DNA from: an uncultured Candidatus Saccharibacteria bacterium
Lineage (GTDB): Bacteria > Patescibacteriota > Minisyncoccia > Phycocordibacterales > XYD1-FULL-46-19
DNA: 64,000 bases
NCBI GenBank assembly: GCA_964510655.1
Contig: CAZEAY010000001.1
Coordinates: forward strand, 99,302-163,301
Direction: 5' to 3'
A model generated the notes under the pieces. That model saw only the letters and a program-made list of their open reading frames with translations, was not told the DNA's origin and did no database searches. The translations under genes were made by a program, and so were the position numbers. Positions 47,712 through 59,452 of this stretch are shown piece after piece; position 1 is the stretch's first letter, and every line of letters begins with the position of its first letter.

Positions 47712-48230
47712 ATGTCACGAGAAAAGGAAGTGACCTGCATTGAGATTGACTGCTCGCGTAGTATGAGTTGGACTCTCTCAGTACTCCCCAGCCCCCGCCG
47801 ATGGTTTCGTAGCTACCCGTTTTATCTGAGGCAAATCAAGATGGAACTGGATGGCACTCGGGGCGAGCTCTTATTCGTCTTTGAGACGAAATATTACCGG
47901 TGGACTTGTTCTAATGAGGTGGCGCGTAGTATCGAGCCATTGGTGCAAGACTTGATGGAAGACGGGCTCTTCACCTATGTGAGCTCGTGGGGGTACGCGT
48001 CTAACGTGACTTTCAGCTTCAATGCTGTTAACGGTGAGAAATTCACTGAAACAGCAATGAAGAGGATGGTGCTACTGGTTAAGACCCTATTTGGTCGTGA
48101 CGCAGTCAATCACATCTCGCCACCCCGTATCTTTCGTGTGACTCGTCGATGGGTGAACGGTTCCTGGATGGATTATGGGGACGTTGTCTGGTACAAGATG
48201 CGGAAGGTATTTCCAAGCGAAACCTTCTGA
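47712..48230 (+). CDS. hypothetical protein (ORFan cassette)
   Basis: Strong SD, higher GC than neighbours, terminator GCCCGC...GCGGGC+T tract at about 48250-48288. Confidence 0.65.
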   Translation: MSREKEVTCIEIDCSRSMSWTLSVLPSPRRWFRSYPFYLRQIKMELDGTRGELLFVFETKYYRWTCSNEVARSIEPLVQDLMEDGLFTYVSSWGYASNVTFSFNAVNGEKFTETAMKRMVLLVKTLFGRDAVNHISPPRIFRVTRRWVNGSWMDYGDVVWYKMRKVFPSETF

Positions 48231-48544
48231 TTCTCGTATAAGGAAACTGGCCCGCTAAGGCGAAAGCTGAGGCGGGCTCTTTTTTTTTGTCACTTTTTAG
48301 ATGTTCGGGACGCGTTAGAATGGTATAATAAAAACACTGGAATGTCCTTTTTAAGTGTAAAAATCGCGTCGAAATTAGCAAATTTTGGCGGAGATAAATT
48401 TATATTAAGTGAGCTACTACTAAAAAAGCTACAATAAATATCGCTCGATTTGCAAAAAATTATTAAAATAGTACTATCTTACTCAGGCTATCTGGTTTTA
48501 GATAGGAAAAGTAAAACCATCTTTTGAATTAAGGAGGGGGTGTA

Positions 48545-48835
48545 ATGCTTACACTGTATCTGATTCTCGTCGTTGTCATCTTGGGTCTCACTTGTGCGTG
48601 CAAGTACAAGTGTCCCAAATGTGGTTCTTTTTCCTCCGAGATCAAGACTCTTGAGTCTGGATCTTGGGGTGAGTGTGTTGGGGGTATTCTTTTTTCTGAC
48701 CCCTACGTGCTGGTGAAAGAGGTTCGCATTTGCCGATGTTGTCAAAATCAAAGAGTCCTTTCGCAGACTACTCGGTCGGCGACTGACGCAGACGATCATT
48801 TGTTTGATCAACAACCAGAGTCTCATCAACCCTGA
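48545..48835 (+). CDS. small membrane protein with CxxC...CxxC zinc-ribbon-like motif
   Basis: AAGGAGGGGG SD, N-terminal TM, CPKC and CRCC. Confidence 0.6.
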   Translation: MLTLYLILVVVILGLTCACKYKCPKCGSFSSEIKTLESGSWGECVGGILFSDPYVLVKEVRICRCCQNQRVLSQTTRSATDADDHLFDQQPESHQP

Positions 48836-48969
48836 TTGTTGTTACTATGTATGAAACTCTTAACCCCTTCTAAACCTTGCGATAACATCAAGAGGTTTTT
48901 TAATTTCAATATCTTCCAAAATTTAAACCCCCGAAGCTCATCCCTAGCTTCGGGGGTTTTCTCCTTTCT

Positions 48970-49503
48970 TTATTTTGGTATCTGAAAGAGCGCAATCCTT
49001 TCCCACTTTCCTCCTTCCTGTGGTTTTCGGTGGACCTCAATGGTCTCCATTGGAATGTTCATTTCCTGACGAAACATATTCTGCACTTCCGGCCAGATGC
49101 GATCGAAGACTCTGTGGGTCTTTTCGGCGACCGTGATATGTAGAGTATTGTCATCGTCATAGGGGCCATGCTCATATTCGGGTAGTCGTAGCAAGAGGTT
49201 AGTGATACCAGTCCAAAGATCAGCCACTACTCGGGTGGCGTGAACAGGTAAGACAATGAACTGCTTGCCGAAAGGAAATAGATGACTGACGGTGACCCGT
49301 GTCCTTTTGACTTGCAGAACCATGCTCTCGGTGAGATCCAGAATCTTTTCTTCGGCGATATTTTTGATCGGCCGATGAAAAGTAACATGGGGACCGAGGC
49401 TTGGTGGTGGCAGACCAGTTTTCTCTGCCATCTTCCTTGCTAGTTCCTCTAATTCCCCAAGATGGGGATTGGGAACGGCGAAGAGGACTAGATATTTATA
49501 CAT
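48970..49503 (-). CDS. 2H phosphoesterase (2'-5' RNA ligase/LigT-like)
   Basis: Two HxT motifs: PHVTF and LHITV; AAAGGAGG SD. Confidence 0.8.
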   Translation of the reverse strand: MYKYLVLFAVPNPHLGELEELARKMAEKTGLPPPSLGPHVTFHRPIKNIAEEKILDLTESMVLQVKRTRVTVSHLFPFGKQFIVLPVHATRVVADLWTGITNLLLRLPEYEHGPYDDDNTLHITVAEKTHRVFDRIWPEVQNMFRQEMNIPMETIEVHRKPQEGGKWERIALFQIPK

Positions 49504-49617
49504 AATTCCTCCTTTGGGATAGTGTTGTCTGGTCTGATACTAGGGATTGGGGATAGATTTGTCAATCTGGTCAAGATTGTTAGTAAAAATTATCTAGTGT
49601 AGGATTAGATAAACAAT

Positions 49618-50241
49618 ATGGCTACTAAAAAACAATTAAAGAAAAATAATAAAGAAGAACCAATCGTAAATTTTCTCTATGAGTTGGGCACTTTGCGTAA
49701 AATCATGCGAGCGCATCGTCAAGTGTTTTTATCAGATGACTCTTCTGATAATATTGCTTCTCATTCTTATCGCGTCACAATGATTAGTTGGTTTTTAGCC
49801 AAAGCCGAGGGGGCTGATCTGTATAAAACAGTAATGATGAGTTTATTGCATGACATTGGAGAAGTCCGCACCAATGACCACAATTGGATTCATAAGAGAT
49901 ATCTTAAAATTTTTGATGAACAAATAATTGATGAACAACTAAACCCACTACCTTATCCCGATTTGAAAAATATTCTCACTGAGTATGAAAAAAGAGAAAG
50001 TTTGGAAGCTGTATTGGCTAAGGAGGCTGATGTGTTAGACCAAATTTTTCTTCTTCGTGAATATGAGTGGTCGGGACACAAAGAAGCAACTATTTGGCTT
50101 TATGGTAAGGGTAAAGCTACGGTAAATGCTCAGTTGCAGAAACTCAAAACAAAAACAGGTCGGCTAATGGGAGAGCAAATATATAAAACTAACCCCTCTG
50201 ACTGGTGGAATGATATATGGACATCAAAAAATAGAAAATAA
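49618..50241 (+). CDS. HD domain hydrolase (YfbR/HDDC2-like)
   Basis: 'ASHSYRV', 'LLHDIGE', 'EADVLD'. Confidence 0.85.
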   Translation: MATKKQLKKNNKEEPIVNFLYELGTLRKIMRAHRQVFLSDDSSDNIASHSYRVTMISWFLAKAEGADLYKTVMMSLLHDIGEVRTNDHNWIHKRYLKIFDEQIIDEQLNPLPYPDLKNILTEYEKRESLEAVLAKEADVLDQIFLLREYEWSGHKEATIWLYGKGKATVNAQLQKLKTKTGRLMGEQIYKTNPSDWWNDIWTSKNRK

Positions 50242-50963
50242 TGAATAATAATTTTCTTAAAAGAGCGGTCGACCCTAAGCAGTATGATTTTTCAGATGTT
50301 TTTTGGGATAAAGAAATTAGTTTAAAATCTTCTCCAACAAGAGAATGGTTCTGGGAATATCTAAAACAAAATCAAAATTTTTGGCTGAACAAAGATGTTT
50401 TGGATATCGGATGTGGCACTGGTTGGTCTGTTGATTTATTTTTATCTAATGGCGCTAAGTCGGTTCAAGGATTTGATCCATCAGAAAAAAGTGTTCGACT
50501 GGCACACACATTACATCCAGATTTAAATATCCGTTTAGATAGTTTAGAGTCTTTTTCCTCGGAAATCGAATATGATTTTATTGTTTCTATTATGAGTTTC
50601 GGACATATCGAGAATGTTGAACACGCTTTTCAAAAAGTATTTACATTATTAAAACCAAAGGGACGTTTTTTGCTTTTTGTGCCAAATTATGATTATTTCA
50701 AAAAGCCCCGTTATAACTATCAAATAAAAGTAAGCGATATAAATGATGGTGAATATGTGGCTCAGATTCTCAGACCGCACTGGGGAACCATTGCTGAAAT
50801 TGTGAGAAAAACTTCTGTGTATAAAACAATAGCCGAAATGGTCGGTTTTGGTTTAGTCATGGAGGATCAATTAAAACCGACTGAAAATTTGATAAAACGG
50901 TCTCCTTATTATGAGGAGACAAAAAATGATACCCTGGTTGATCTGTTTATTTTTAGAAAATAG
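50241..50963 (+). CDS. class I SAM-dependent methyltransferase
   Basis: VLDIGCGTG, GFDPS, LKPKG. Confidence 0.88.
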   Translation: MNNNFLKRAVDPKQYDFSDVFWDKEISLKSSPTREWFWEYLKQNQNFWLNKDVLDIGCGTGWSVDLFLSNGAKSVQGFDPSEKSVRLAHTLHPDLNIRLDSLESFSSEIEYDFIVSIMSFGHIENVEHAFQKVFTLLKPKGRFLLFVPNYDYFKKPRYNYQIKVSDINDGEYVAQILRPHWGTIAEIVRKTSVYKTIAEMVGFGLVMEDQLKPTENLIKRSPYYEETKNDTLVDLFIFRK

Positions 50964-51047
50964 CCTATACCAAATCCTTGTTTCCATTTTAAATTTTAGT
51001 GCTATAATTTAATTAAATTATCTCAGGGGTTTAATATTTATAAATAT

Positions 51048-51539
51048 ATGCAAAAAGCGGCTATTCCGGTCAATGAGGATGCCCGTATCTGCGCTGTCCA
51101 AGATTTAAAAATTTTGGACACTAAGACCGAAGAAAGGTTTGATCGCCTGACCAAAGAGGCCACGGTTAGATTTTCTGTTCCAATGTCCACCATTACGGTT
51201 GTCGATCGTAGTCGAGAGTGGTTTAAGTCGGAACAAGGAATCGGTAAGCGAGAGGGTCCACGTGATATTTCTTTTTGTGGACATGCTCTCTTAAGTCAGG
51301 ATATTTTGATTATCGAAGATACTTCATTAGACTCACGTTTTGCCGATAACCCAATGGTGATTGGAGCACCGTTTGTCAGGTTCTACGCTGGTAAATCACT
51401 TTATGAGTATAAGAGTAATTTACCGGTTGGAGTTTTTTGTATTAAAGATATCAAACCAAAAAAAATGACGCCAGATGATATTAGTGATTTTTTGGAATTA
51501 GCTAAAAAAGCGGAAGTAGAACTAAATAAAGTGATTTAA
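51048..51539 (+). CDS. stand-alone GAF domain protein
   Basis: ILDT..EERFDRLT, SFCGHA, RFADNP.V, RFYAG. Confidence 0.88.
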   Translation: MQKAAIPVNEDARICAVQDLKILDTKTEERFDRLTKEATVRFSVPMSTITVVDRSREWFKSEQGIGKREGPRDISFCGHALLSQDILIIEDTSLDSRFADNPMVIGAPFVRFYAGKSLYEYKSNLPVGVFCIKDIKPKKMTPDDISDFLELAKKAEVELNKVI

Positions 51540-51564
51540 TAAGGTTAATGATTTTTAATAAAAT

Positions 51565-51795
51565 ATGGCAACTTTCGAAAGTGAACAACAACCTAAAGTT
51601 ATTGAGCAAATAGATTTTCTACAACCAGAAGAACCCCCAAAGGTTCAAAAGATTTCTGGGATGGAAAATCCTGTTGTTGCCCCACAACAAACTTATTCAC
51701 CAGAAAACACTTTTGTTTGTTCGGATTGTGAAAATGCTGACCGTAACTGTACCCGCTGTCATGGTCGGAATTATGGTTATTTCCCTAAGAATTAG
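51565..51795 (+). CDS. small hypothetical protein with C-terminal CxxC...CxxC
   Basis: CSDC and CTRC; followed by terminator at about 51813-51846. Confidence 0.55.
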   Translation: MATFESEQQPKVIEQIDFLQPEEPPKVQKISGMENPVVAPQQTYSPENTFVCSDCENADRNCTRCHGRNYGYFPKN

Positions 51796-51850
51796 TTTCA
51801 TTTAAAAAATCTAAAAAATCTCAGATTTTCATCTGAGGTTTTTTTGTATT

Positions 51851-52579
51851 CTATTTTAATCCCAGTTCTTTTAGGAAGTTTTCTTTTTCTTGGCCGACAA
51901 TTTCTCTAACTTGTCCATCCCGGAGATCATTTAATTTGATATTTATAATTCTAGTGCGTTTTAGGTCTAGGACCTGATAACCTAAAGCTGCACACATTCG
52001 GCGAATTTGGTGTTTTTTACCTTCGGTAATGGTTAGGAAAAATTCTGTTGGACTAATCTTCGATAGTTTACTTGGCTTAGTAGTAAAATCTTCCAATTTT
52101 AAGCTGGAAGTAATTGCCTTCTGAAACATTGGGGTCAATTTTTTGTCGACAGTTACCTGGTATTCTTTTTCGTGTTCGTTCTCTGACTCTAGTAAACGAC
52201 CAGTAATTCGAGTGTCATTAGTGAGAATAATTAGACCATGGGATTCTTTATCTAAGCGCCCAATGGGAGTAAGGGGGTTTTTATGTTTTACCAAATCAGC
52301 AATAGATTTTTGTCCAGGTTCTGGATTGGTCACGATTCCAACAGGCTTATTAAAAGCCAAGTAAACATAAGCCGCCTCTTTTTGTGCAAGAGTTTTGTGA
52401 TCGACAGTAACTGTATCTTCTTTGTTTACTCGGTCACCTAAAACAGCAATTTTGCCATTTAAAATCACTTTGCCGTCCGCAATCAATTTGTCGGCTTCTC
52501 GGCGAGAAGCTATTCCTTGTTTCGATAAATATTGATTTATCCGCATTGGATATGGATTTTTATCGTTTTTTTCGATCAT
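51851..52579 (-). CDS. rRNA pseudouridine synthase (RsuA/RluB/RluF family)
   Basis: S4 domain (SRREAD), IGRLDKES.GL, EG.KHQIRRM. Confidence 0.93.
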   Translation of the reverse strand: MIEKNDKNPYPMRINQYLSKQGIASRREADKLIADGKVILNGKIAVLGDRVNKEDTVTVDHKTLAQKEAAYVYLAFNKPVGIVTNPEPGQKSIADLVKHKNPLTPIGRLDKESHGLIILTNDTRITGRLLESENEHEKEYQVTVDKKLTPMFQKAITSSLKLEDFTTKPSKLSKISPTEFFLTITEGKKHQIRRMCAALGYQVLDLKRTRIINIKLNDLRDGQVREIVGQEKENFLKELGLK

Positions 52580-52652
52580 TGGTATAGCATAACAGAAATT
52601 TTACCTTTGGCTAGATTGTGAAGAAAGCTGTTCTTGATATAATTGTCGGTAT

Positions 52653-52964
52653 ATGAACAAATTCGAACCTTTAAATCTTGAAACAGAGAGTGTGCCGACC
52701 GAAGAATTGCTCCCGATTTCCTTTATTACTAAGCTAAAAGACTCTCTCCGGGAAAGACTTGATCCGTCGGAGGGTCAGCAAGAGGATGCCGATCAGATGC
52801 GAGCCTTAATTGAGTTGAAACTTCAAGGTTTGAGAAATAATTATCCTGATTGGCAAGTTTATCAAACCTATTATGTTTTAAGTGGTCAGCCTGTACCAAA
52901 GAATATTTCTAAGGTTGATTTTCCTGACGACGACTCTATTATTGCCTTCATTGAAAGTCTCTAG
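52653..52964 (+). CDS. hypothetical acidic protein, paralogue of 53823-54137
   Basis: Shares LR..YP...Y...VL and DFP.DDSI.AF motifs. Confidence 0.7.
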   Translation: MNKFEPLNLETESVPTEELLPISFITKLKDSLRERLDPSEGQQEDADQMRALIELKLQGLRNNYPDWQVYQTYYVLSGQPVPKNISKVDFPDDDSIIAFIESL

Positions 52965-53085
52965 TTGTTTTTTGGGTGATTTTTTAAAGCCGTTTTTTCT
53001 CGGTGTTTTTTATTTGTCTTTTGCAAATTGGGTGTATGATTAAATAAGGACTTGGTCTAATCGCTAATAGTTAATTTAAAAAAAT

Positions 53086-53538
53086 ATGAAAATTAAACAT
53101 GTGGTTAGCTCTGACGTTATTACCATAAATCAAAATGCCACTTATCGGGAGGCGGCTAATATTTTGTATCACTCTAAAATTAGTGGGGCACCAGTCGTGG
53201 ATAACGACGGTAATCTGGTGGGGATGCTTTCGGAGAAAGATTTGTTTAAAGTGCTTTACCCTTATGAATCAAGTTTTTCGACTAACCCGGAAATGTATTT
53301 AGATTTTGAAATGCGGGAAAATAAAATTGATGAAATTAAAGATCGTCCGATTAGGGAATATATGACGAAGCAAGTTTTTACAGTAAACAGTGAGACGCCC
53401 ATTTTAAAGGCTGGAGGATTGATGTTGGCCAAAGGTATTCATCGTCTACCTGTTTTAGATGAAGGAAAGTTAGTTGGCATCGTCTCACGAGAAGATATTT
53501 TTGGTATAATTCTTAAGAATCATTTAAACCTAGAATAA
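53086..53538 (+). CDS. CBS domain pair protein
   Basis: SGAPVVD..GNLVG.LSEKD, HRLPVLD.GKLVGIVSRED. Confidence 0.92.
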   Translation: MKIKHVVSSDVITINQNATYREAANILYHSKISGAPVVDNDGNLVGMLSEKDLFKVLYPYESSFSTNPEMYLDFEMRENKIDEIKDRPIREYMTKQVFTVNSETPILKAGGLMLAKGIHRLPVLDEGKLVGIVSREDIFGIILKNHLNLE

Positions 53539-53550
53539 TTTATTTTAAAA

Positions 53551-53811
53551 ATGACTGTTTTTTCGGAAAAAGTTTTAGCCGTGGTGAAAAATATTAAGGC
53601 TGGAAAGACCATGACTTATAAAGAGGTGGCGATTTTGGCGGGACGATCGGGAGCTTCGCGGGCGGTCGGAAATATTTTAAATAAAAATTATAATCCGCTT
53701 ATACCTTGCCATCGAGTGATTCGGTCCGACGGAAGAGCGGGTGGATATAATCGGGGTCGTCGCAAGAAAATTAAAATTTTAGAGGCAGAAAAAGCTAATT
53801 TTAAAAAATAA
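53551..53811 (+). CDS. MGMT/Ogt family protein (C-terminal domain only)
   Basis: TY.EVA, RAVG, IPCHRV, GGY. Confidence 0.9.
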   Translation: MTVFSEKVLAVVKNIKAGKTMTYKEVAILAGRSGASRAVGNILNKNYNPLIPCHRVIRSDGRAGGYNRGRRKKIKILEAEKANFKK

Positions 53812-53822
53812 TTATTTTTATT

Positions 53823-54137
53823 ATGACAATCGAAAATCCGGAAAAAATTACTAGTCTGGAAGATGTCTTATCGCCAGAGGATTATCAAAAATATCTAGAA
53901 ATAAAAGATTTGGCCAGTCGTCAGTTTGCTGAAGCAGAGCAATCTGGGAAGAAGTTACAGATTTTTCAGCATTGGTCAGAGATGGCAAATAGATTGAGAA
54001 AAGATTACCCCGAGGCGCAAAGTTACGCACTTTTCCATGTTCTTCTCTTTAGTGGTGCCAGACTAGATGAAATTAAACACCTAGATTTTCCTGGGGATGA
54101 TTCAATAGAAGCTTTTTTAAAGAAAAGTAATCTATAG
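53823..54137 (+). CDS. hypothetical acidic protein, paralogue of 52653-52964
   Basis: LRKDYPE..SYALFHVL, DFPGDDSIEAF. Confidence 0.7.
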   Translation: MTIENPEKITSLEDVLSPEDYQKYLEIKDLASRQFAEAEQSGKKLQIFQHWSEMANRLRKDYPEAQSYALFHVLLFSGARLDEIKHLDFPGDDSIEAFLKKSNL

Positions 54138-54234
54138 TGTTATCAACAACCATTATTCCTTGATTGTTTTAGAAATAGGTGGTACTGTTTTTAGTGGATA
54201 TTCTATCCACCCAGCCTTCTTTGGGAGGGGTACC

Positions 54235-55819
<1,585 letters not shown>

Positions 55820-55888
55820 TTTCTATGAATCTGTTATAGTTTTAAAGGTACGACTGTTCCTTATCTATCTCCAAAGGAGTTCCCGCCG

Positions 55889-56074
55889 ATGTGTCCGAAG
55901 TCAGAAACTAAAGTTCAGCAGAATCCCTCTCCGGAGGCTGCTAATCCTATCGGTTATCGGATGGTCGACGTGGACGGTAGGTGCTGCCGTGTCAGTATCT
56001 ATCGGCCTTTTGTGCCGATTCCGTATCAGCAAATACTCTGTCGCCCCCGGCGTCCCCAGGTCGTGATGGAGTAA
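55889..56074 (+). CDS. small hypothetical protein (ORFan)
   Basis: AAAGGAG SD, upstream TTGACT promoter-like site, downstream hairpin+T tract. Confidence 0.45.
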   Translation: MCPKSETKVQQNPSPEAANPIGYRMVDVDGRCCRVSIYRPFVPIPYQQILCRPRRPQVVME

Positions 56075-56278
56075 TTACCTCTTGCTCCTGTTGATTTCTT
56101 TGCTCGTTCAGACGATCAAAGGGATATTCTTGTTTAACCCCAATACCTGCTGTTGTAGAGGGGTTTTTCTTTTGGAAGGGTTATTGATACTTGCTTTTAT
56201 CTTGTATTGTGTTATAATCTAAGAAGATCAAAATCTCGCGTAGGCGAGTTTTATTATTTCCAAGGATGGTAGTGTTGT

Positions 56279-56677
56279 ATGAATGTGCAATCCTTAATCT
56301 CCCGTCTCAGGGAGATCCAAAAGAACGGGAAACCGATGTGCTCGTTTCGGGCTCGGTTGGTGGCTGATTGGCTGATTTCAGCCAAAGAGGCCAGAGACAT
56401 TACTTCGGAAGTCATTTCTTATGAAGATCTCCATTCCTTGGTTGGTCGCATGTTTGCGGCTATCTCCAGTCAGGTTTTGGAAATCGATATCAAATATCTT
56501 CCATTTGTGAAGTCTCACCGAGGAAATCCCTTACTCGATGAGGTTATCCATCAGGGTGAGATTCGTTTCCAGCTTGAGCTGGCAACCAGTATCTCGACTG
56601 ATGTGGCGAAACATGCTCGTCGTTTGTACCTTACTCTCTGGGCACACTCCAGACACCAGTATCAGGATGTGGCCTAA
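56279..56677 (+). CDS. hypothetical protein (ORFan cassette)
   Basis: TTGCTT..TATAAT promoter, purine-rich RBS, terminator about 56692-56729. Confidence 0.6.
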   Translation: MNVQSLISRLREIQKNGKPMCSFRARLVADWLISAKEARDITSEVISYEDLHSLVGRMFAAISSQVLEIDIKYLPFVKSHRGNPLLDEVIHQGEIRFQLELATSISTDVAKHARRLYLTLWAHSRHQYQDVA

Positions 56678-56789
56678 GCTGATTTACATAGATCCCGCGC
56701 CGTTGTCAGATGGCGTGGGATTTCTTTTTGACATTTTTTATAATTGAGTTATAATTTAAAGAGAAATTCTATTCCCGAAGAGGTAGGTT

Positions 56790-57308
56790 ATGACAATTTG
56801 CCCCGCTCCGGCTCCCGTTGCCCCCGTTACCACCTGGGGTACACCTCTCACTTTAGAGGAGAGGAAGATGGTCAGGTACCGGACTTCTATGGTGCCAAGA
56901 CTTTTTTTCAGTAATGTACAAACCCGTCGAAAGAGGTTTATTCCTGTCTTTTTCCGGTTGGAAATTGGCGGGGTAGATTTTCAGTTACTCTTGCGGTTTC
57001 GGGACGGAATCCGCCCCCACTCTCTGCCGAAAGGGTTTACGGTTACGACTCAGGCTTTCGATGTCGTGCTTTATCGAAAGTGGAAACTATTTCGTCGTGA
57101 TCGCGACTACGTGGAAGCCGATTATCCTTTCTTTATCCACGACGAACTCAAGTCTTTGATCGTGCGGATATGGAGGGGATATGACTATATTGACTACTGT
57201 GGTCAGTTGGTCGAGAGTGAGAAGTATGCTCACTTACCTCCGGGTTCCACTGTTCTTTCTCGCAGAGTTGCTCTAGAGCGACTGAAGAGGGTACGAAAAG
57301 TGGCGTGA
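56790..57308 (+). CDS. hypothetical protein (ORFan cassette)
   Basis: TTGACA(56728)-16-TATAAT(56750), GAGGTAGG RBS, terminator AAGAGGGGTTC/GAACCCCTCTT at about 57321-57353. Confidence 0.65.
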   Translation: MTICPAPAPVAPVTTWGTPLTLEERKMVRYRTSMVPRLFFSNVQTRRKRFIPVFFRLEIGGVDFQLLLRFRDGIRPHSLPKGFTVTTQAFDVVLYRKWKLFRRDRDYVEADYPFFIHDELKSLIVRIWRGYDYIDYCGQLVESEKYAHLPPGSTVLSRRVALERLKRVRKVA

Positions 57309-57396
57309 GTCACGTCTTCGAAGAGGGGTTCCGATGAACCCCTCTTTTCTTTTGTCTAAAAATGTTTTATAATTTAAATCTATTTTTTTTGTATTT

Positions 57397-59445
57397 ATGG
57401 CTAATTTTTCGTTGCAATCAAAATTTTCTCCTAAAGGTGATCAGCCGGAATCTATTAAAAAATTGGTGGCTGGTGTGAATAAGGGTCTGAAACATCAGAC
57501 TCTCTTGGGTGTGACTGGCTCAGGAAAAACTTTTACGATGGCCAATGTGATTGCGCAAATTGATAAACCGACTTTGGTCATTGCTCACAATAAAACTTTA
57601 GCCGCTCAACTGGCTCAAGAATATAAAGATTTTTTTCCTAACAATGCGGTGCATTATTTTGTGTCTTATTACGATTACTACCAACCCGAAGCTTATATTT
57701 CTGCCACCGATACTTATATTGAAAAAGATGCGCAGATCAACGAAGAAATTGATCGTCTTCGTCATGCCAGTACTCAAGCCTTACTGACCAGGAAAGATGT
57801 GATTATTGTCGCCTCAGTTTCTTGCATCTATGGTTTGGGTAGTCCAGAGGATTATTTAAAAGAGCATTTAAAGTTGGCGGTGGGGGTAAAGATGACACGT
57901 ACAGAACTTCTGACCGAATTAGTAAATATTTTTTACGAACGTACTAATGCCGATTTAGAGCTCGGAACTTTTCGGGCAATCGGTAATTCGGTGGAAATTA
58001 TGCCACCAGGTGAAAAACAAATTTTTGATATTAAGCTATCTGGCGATCAAATTGAAGAAATAATTGAAATTGATCCGATTAGTCGAATGATTATTAAGAA
58101 ACATGACAATATTTTTCTTTTTCCGGCCAAACATTTTATTACCAATGAAGACGATCGTAAACGGGCGATGAAAGCGATTAAGACTGAGCTTGACGCTCGC
58201 TTAAAAACTTTAGAAGATCGCGGAATGCTGTTGGAGGCCGAACGTTTAAAAAGGCGGACAACTTATGATTTGGCCATGATTGAGGAGGTTGGTTATTGCA
58301 GTGGGATTGAAAATTATTCACGTCATCTTTCTGGCCGGCCAGCTGGTGAGGCGCCAGAAACTCTTTTATCGTATTTCCCGCATAAAGCTGACGGGACTCC
58401 CGATTTTTTGACGGTCATAGATGAATCGCATGTCACTATTCCCCAAATTGGTGGAATGTTTGCTGGAGACGAAAGTCGTAAGAAAAATTTAGTAGAATAT
58501 GGTTTTCGTTTGCCAAGTGCTTTGGATAATCGACCCTTGAAGTTTTATGAATTTGAAGAAAAGATTGGACAGGCTATTTATACCAGTGCGACACCGGGGG
58601 GTTATGAAAAAGAAAAATCAGAACAGGTGGTGGAGCAAATTATTCGTCCCACCGGTCTTGTTGATCCGGAATTGGAAATTAGACCAGTAGTGGAAACCCT
58701 AATCCCGAGGAATCGGGACGGGCAAGAAGGGAATTATCCTGGGCAGATTAAAGATTTTATCGCTGAGTCCCTTAAAGAAATAAAAAAAGGTAATCGGGTA
58801 ATTGCGACCACTCTAACTAAAAAAATGGCGGAGGATCTCTCTGTCTATTTAAAGGAGCAGGGGGTAAAAGCAGAATACTTGCATAGTGAAATAAAAACTA
58901 TGGAACGAATTAAAATTCTGACAGAATTTCGTCGCGGAACTTTTGATTGTTTAGTGGGAGTAAATCTATTACGCGAAGGTTTGGATTTACCCGAGCTTTC
59001 CTTTATTGGTATTTTAGACGCCGACAAAGAAGGATTTTTACGGTCCGAAGTTTCTTTGATTCAGACAATTGGTCGCGCCGCTCGCAATGTGAATGGGCGA
59101 GTGATTCTTTATGCTGATATGGTCACCGGGTCAATGCAGCGAGCAATTGAGGAGACTAATCGCCGGCGTAAAATTCAATTAGATTATAATAAGAAAAATA
59201 ATATTACTCCACAGACGATTGTGAAAGAAATTAGAGATATTACCAAAAGTCTGGAGTCTGATCGGGATCGGGCGATTCATGATATTTTAGCTATTGAATT
59301 ACAGACTACTGATTCTAAAAAAATTAATAAACTGATTAAGGACAAAAATAAACAAATGAGCTTGGCGGTTAAAGAGCTAGATTTTGAAACGGCTGCCATT
59401 TTGCGGGATGAGATAAAAGAATTAGAACGACGATTAATTAAATAA
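57397..59445 (+). CDS. uvrB: excinuclease ABC subunit B
   Basis: GVTGSGKT, YYDYYQPEAY, DESH, NLLREGLD, IGRAAR, C-terminal UVR domain. Confidence 0.98.
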   Translation: MANFSLQSKFSPKGDQPESIKKLVAGVNKGLKHQTLLGVTGSGKTFTMANVIAQIDKPTLVIAHNKTLAAQLAQEYKDFFPNNAVHYFVSYYDYYQPEAYISATDTYIEKDAQINEEIDRLRHASTQALLTRKDVIIVASVSCIYGLGSPEDYLKEHLKLAVGVKMTRTELLTELVNIFYERTNADLELGTFRAIGNSVEIMPPGEKQIFDIKLSGDQIEEIIEIDPISRMIIKKHDNIFLFPAKHFITNEDDRKRAMKAIKTELDARLKTLEDRGMLLEAERLKRRTTYDLAMIEEVGYCSGIENYSRHLSGRPAGEAPETLLSYFPHKADGTPDFLTVIDESHVTIPQIGGMFAGDESRKKNLVEYGFRLPSALDNRPLKFYEFEEKIGQAIYTSATPGGYEKEKSEQVVEQIIRPTGLVDPELEIRPVVETLIPRNRDGQEGNYPGQIKDFIAESLKEIKKGNRVIATTLTKKMAEDLSVYLKEQGVKAEYLHSEIKTMERIKILTEFRRGTFDCLVGVNLLREGLDLPELSFIGILDADKEGFLRSEVSLIQTIGRAARNVNGRVILYADMVTGSMQRAIEETNRRRKIQLDYNKKNNITPQTIVKEIRDITKSLESDRDRAIHDILAIELQTTDSKKINKLIKDKNKQMSLAVKELDFETAAILRDEIKELERRLIK

Positions 59446-59452
59446 CTGAAAT

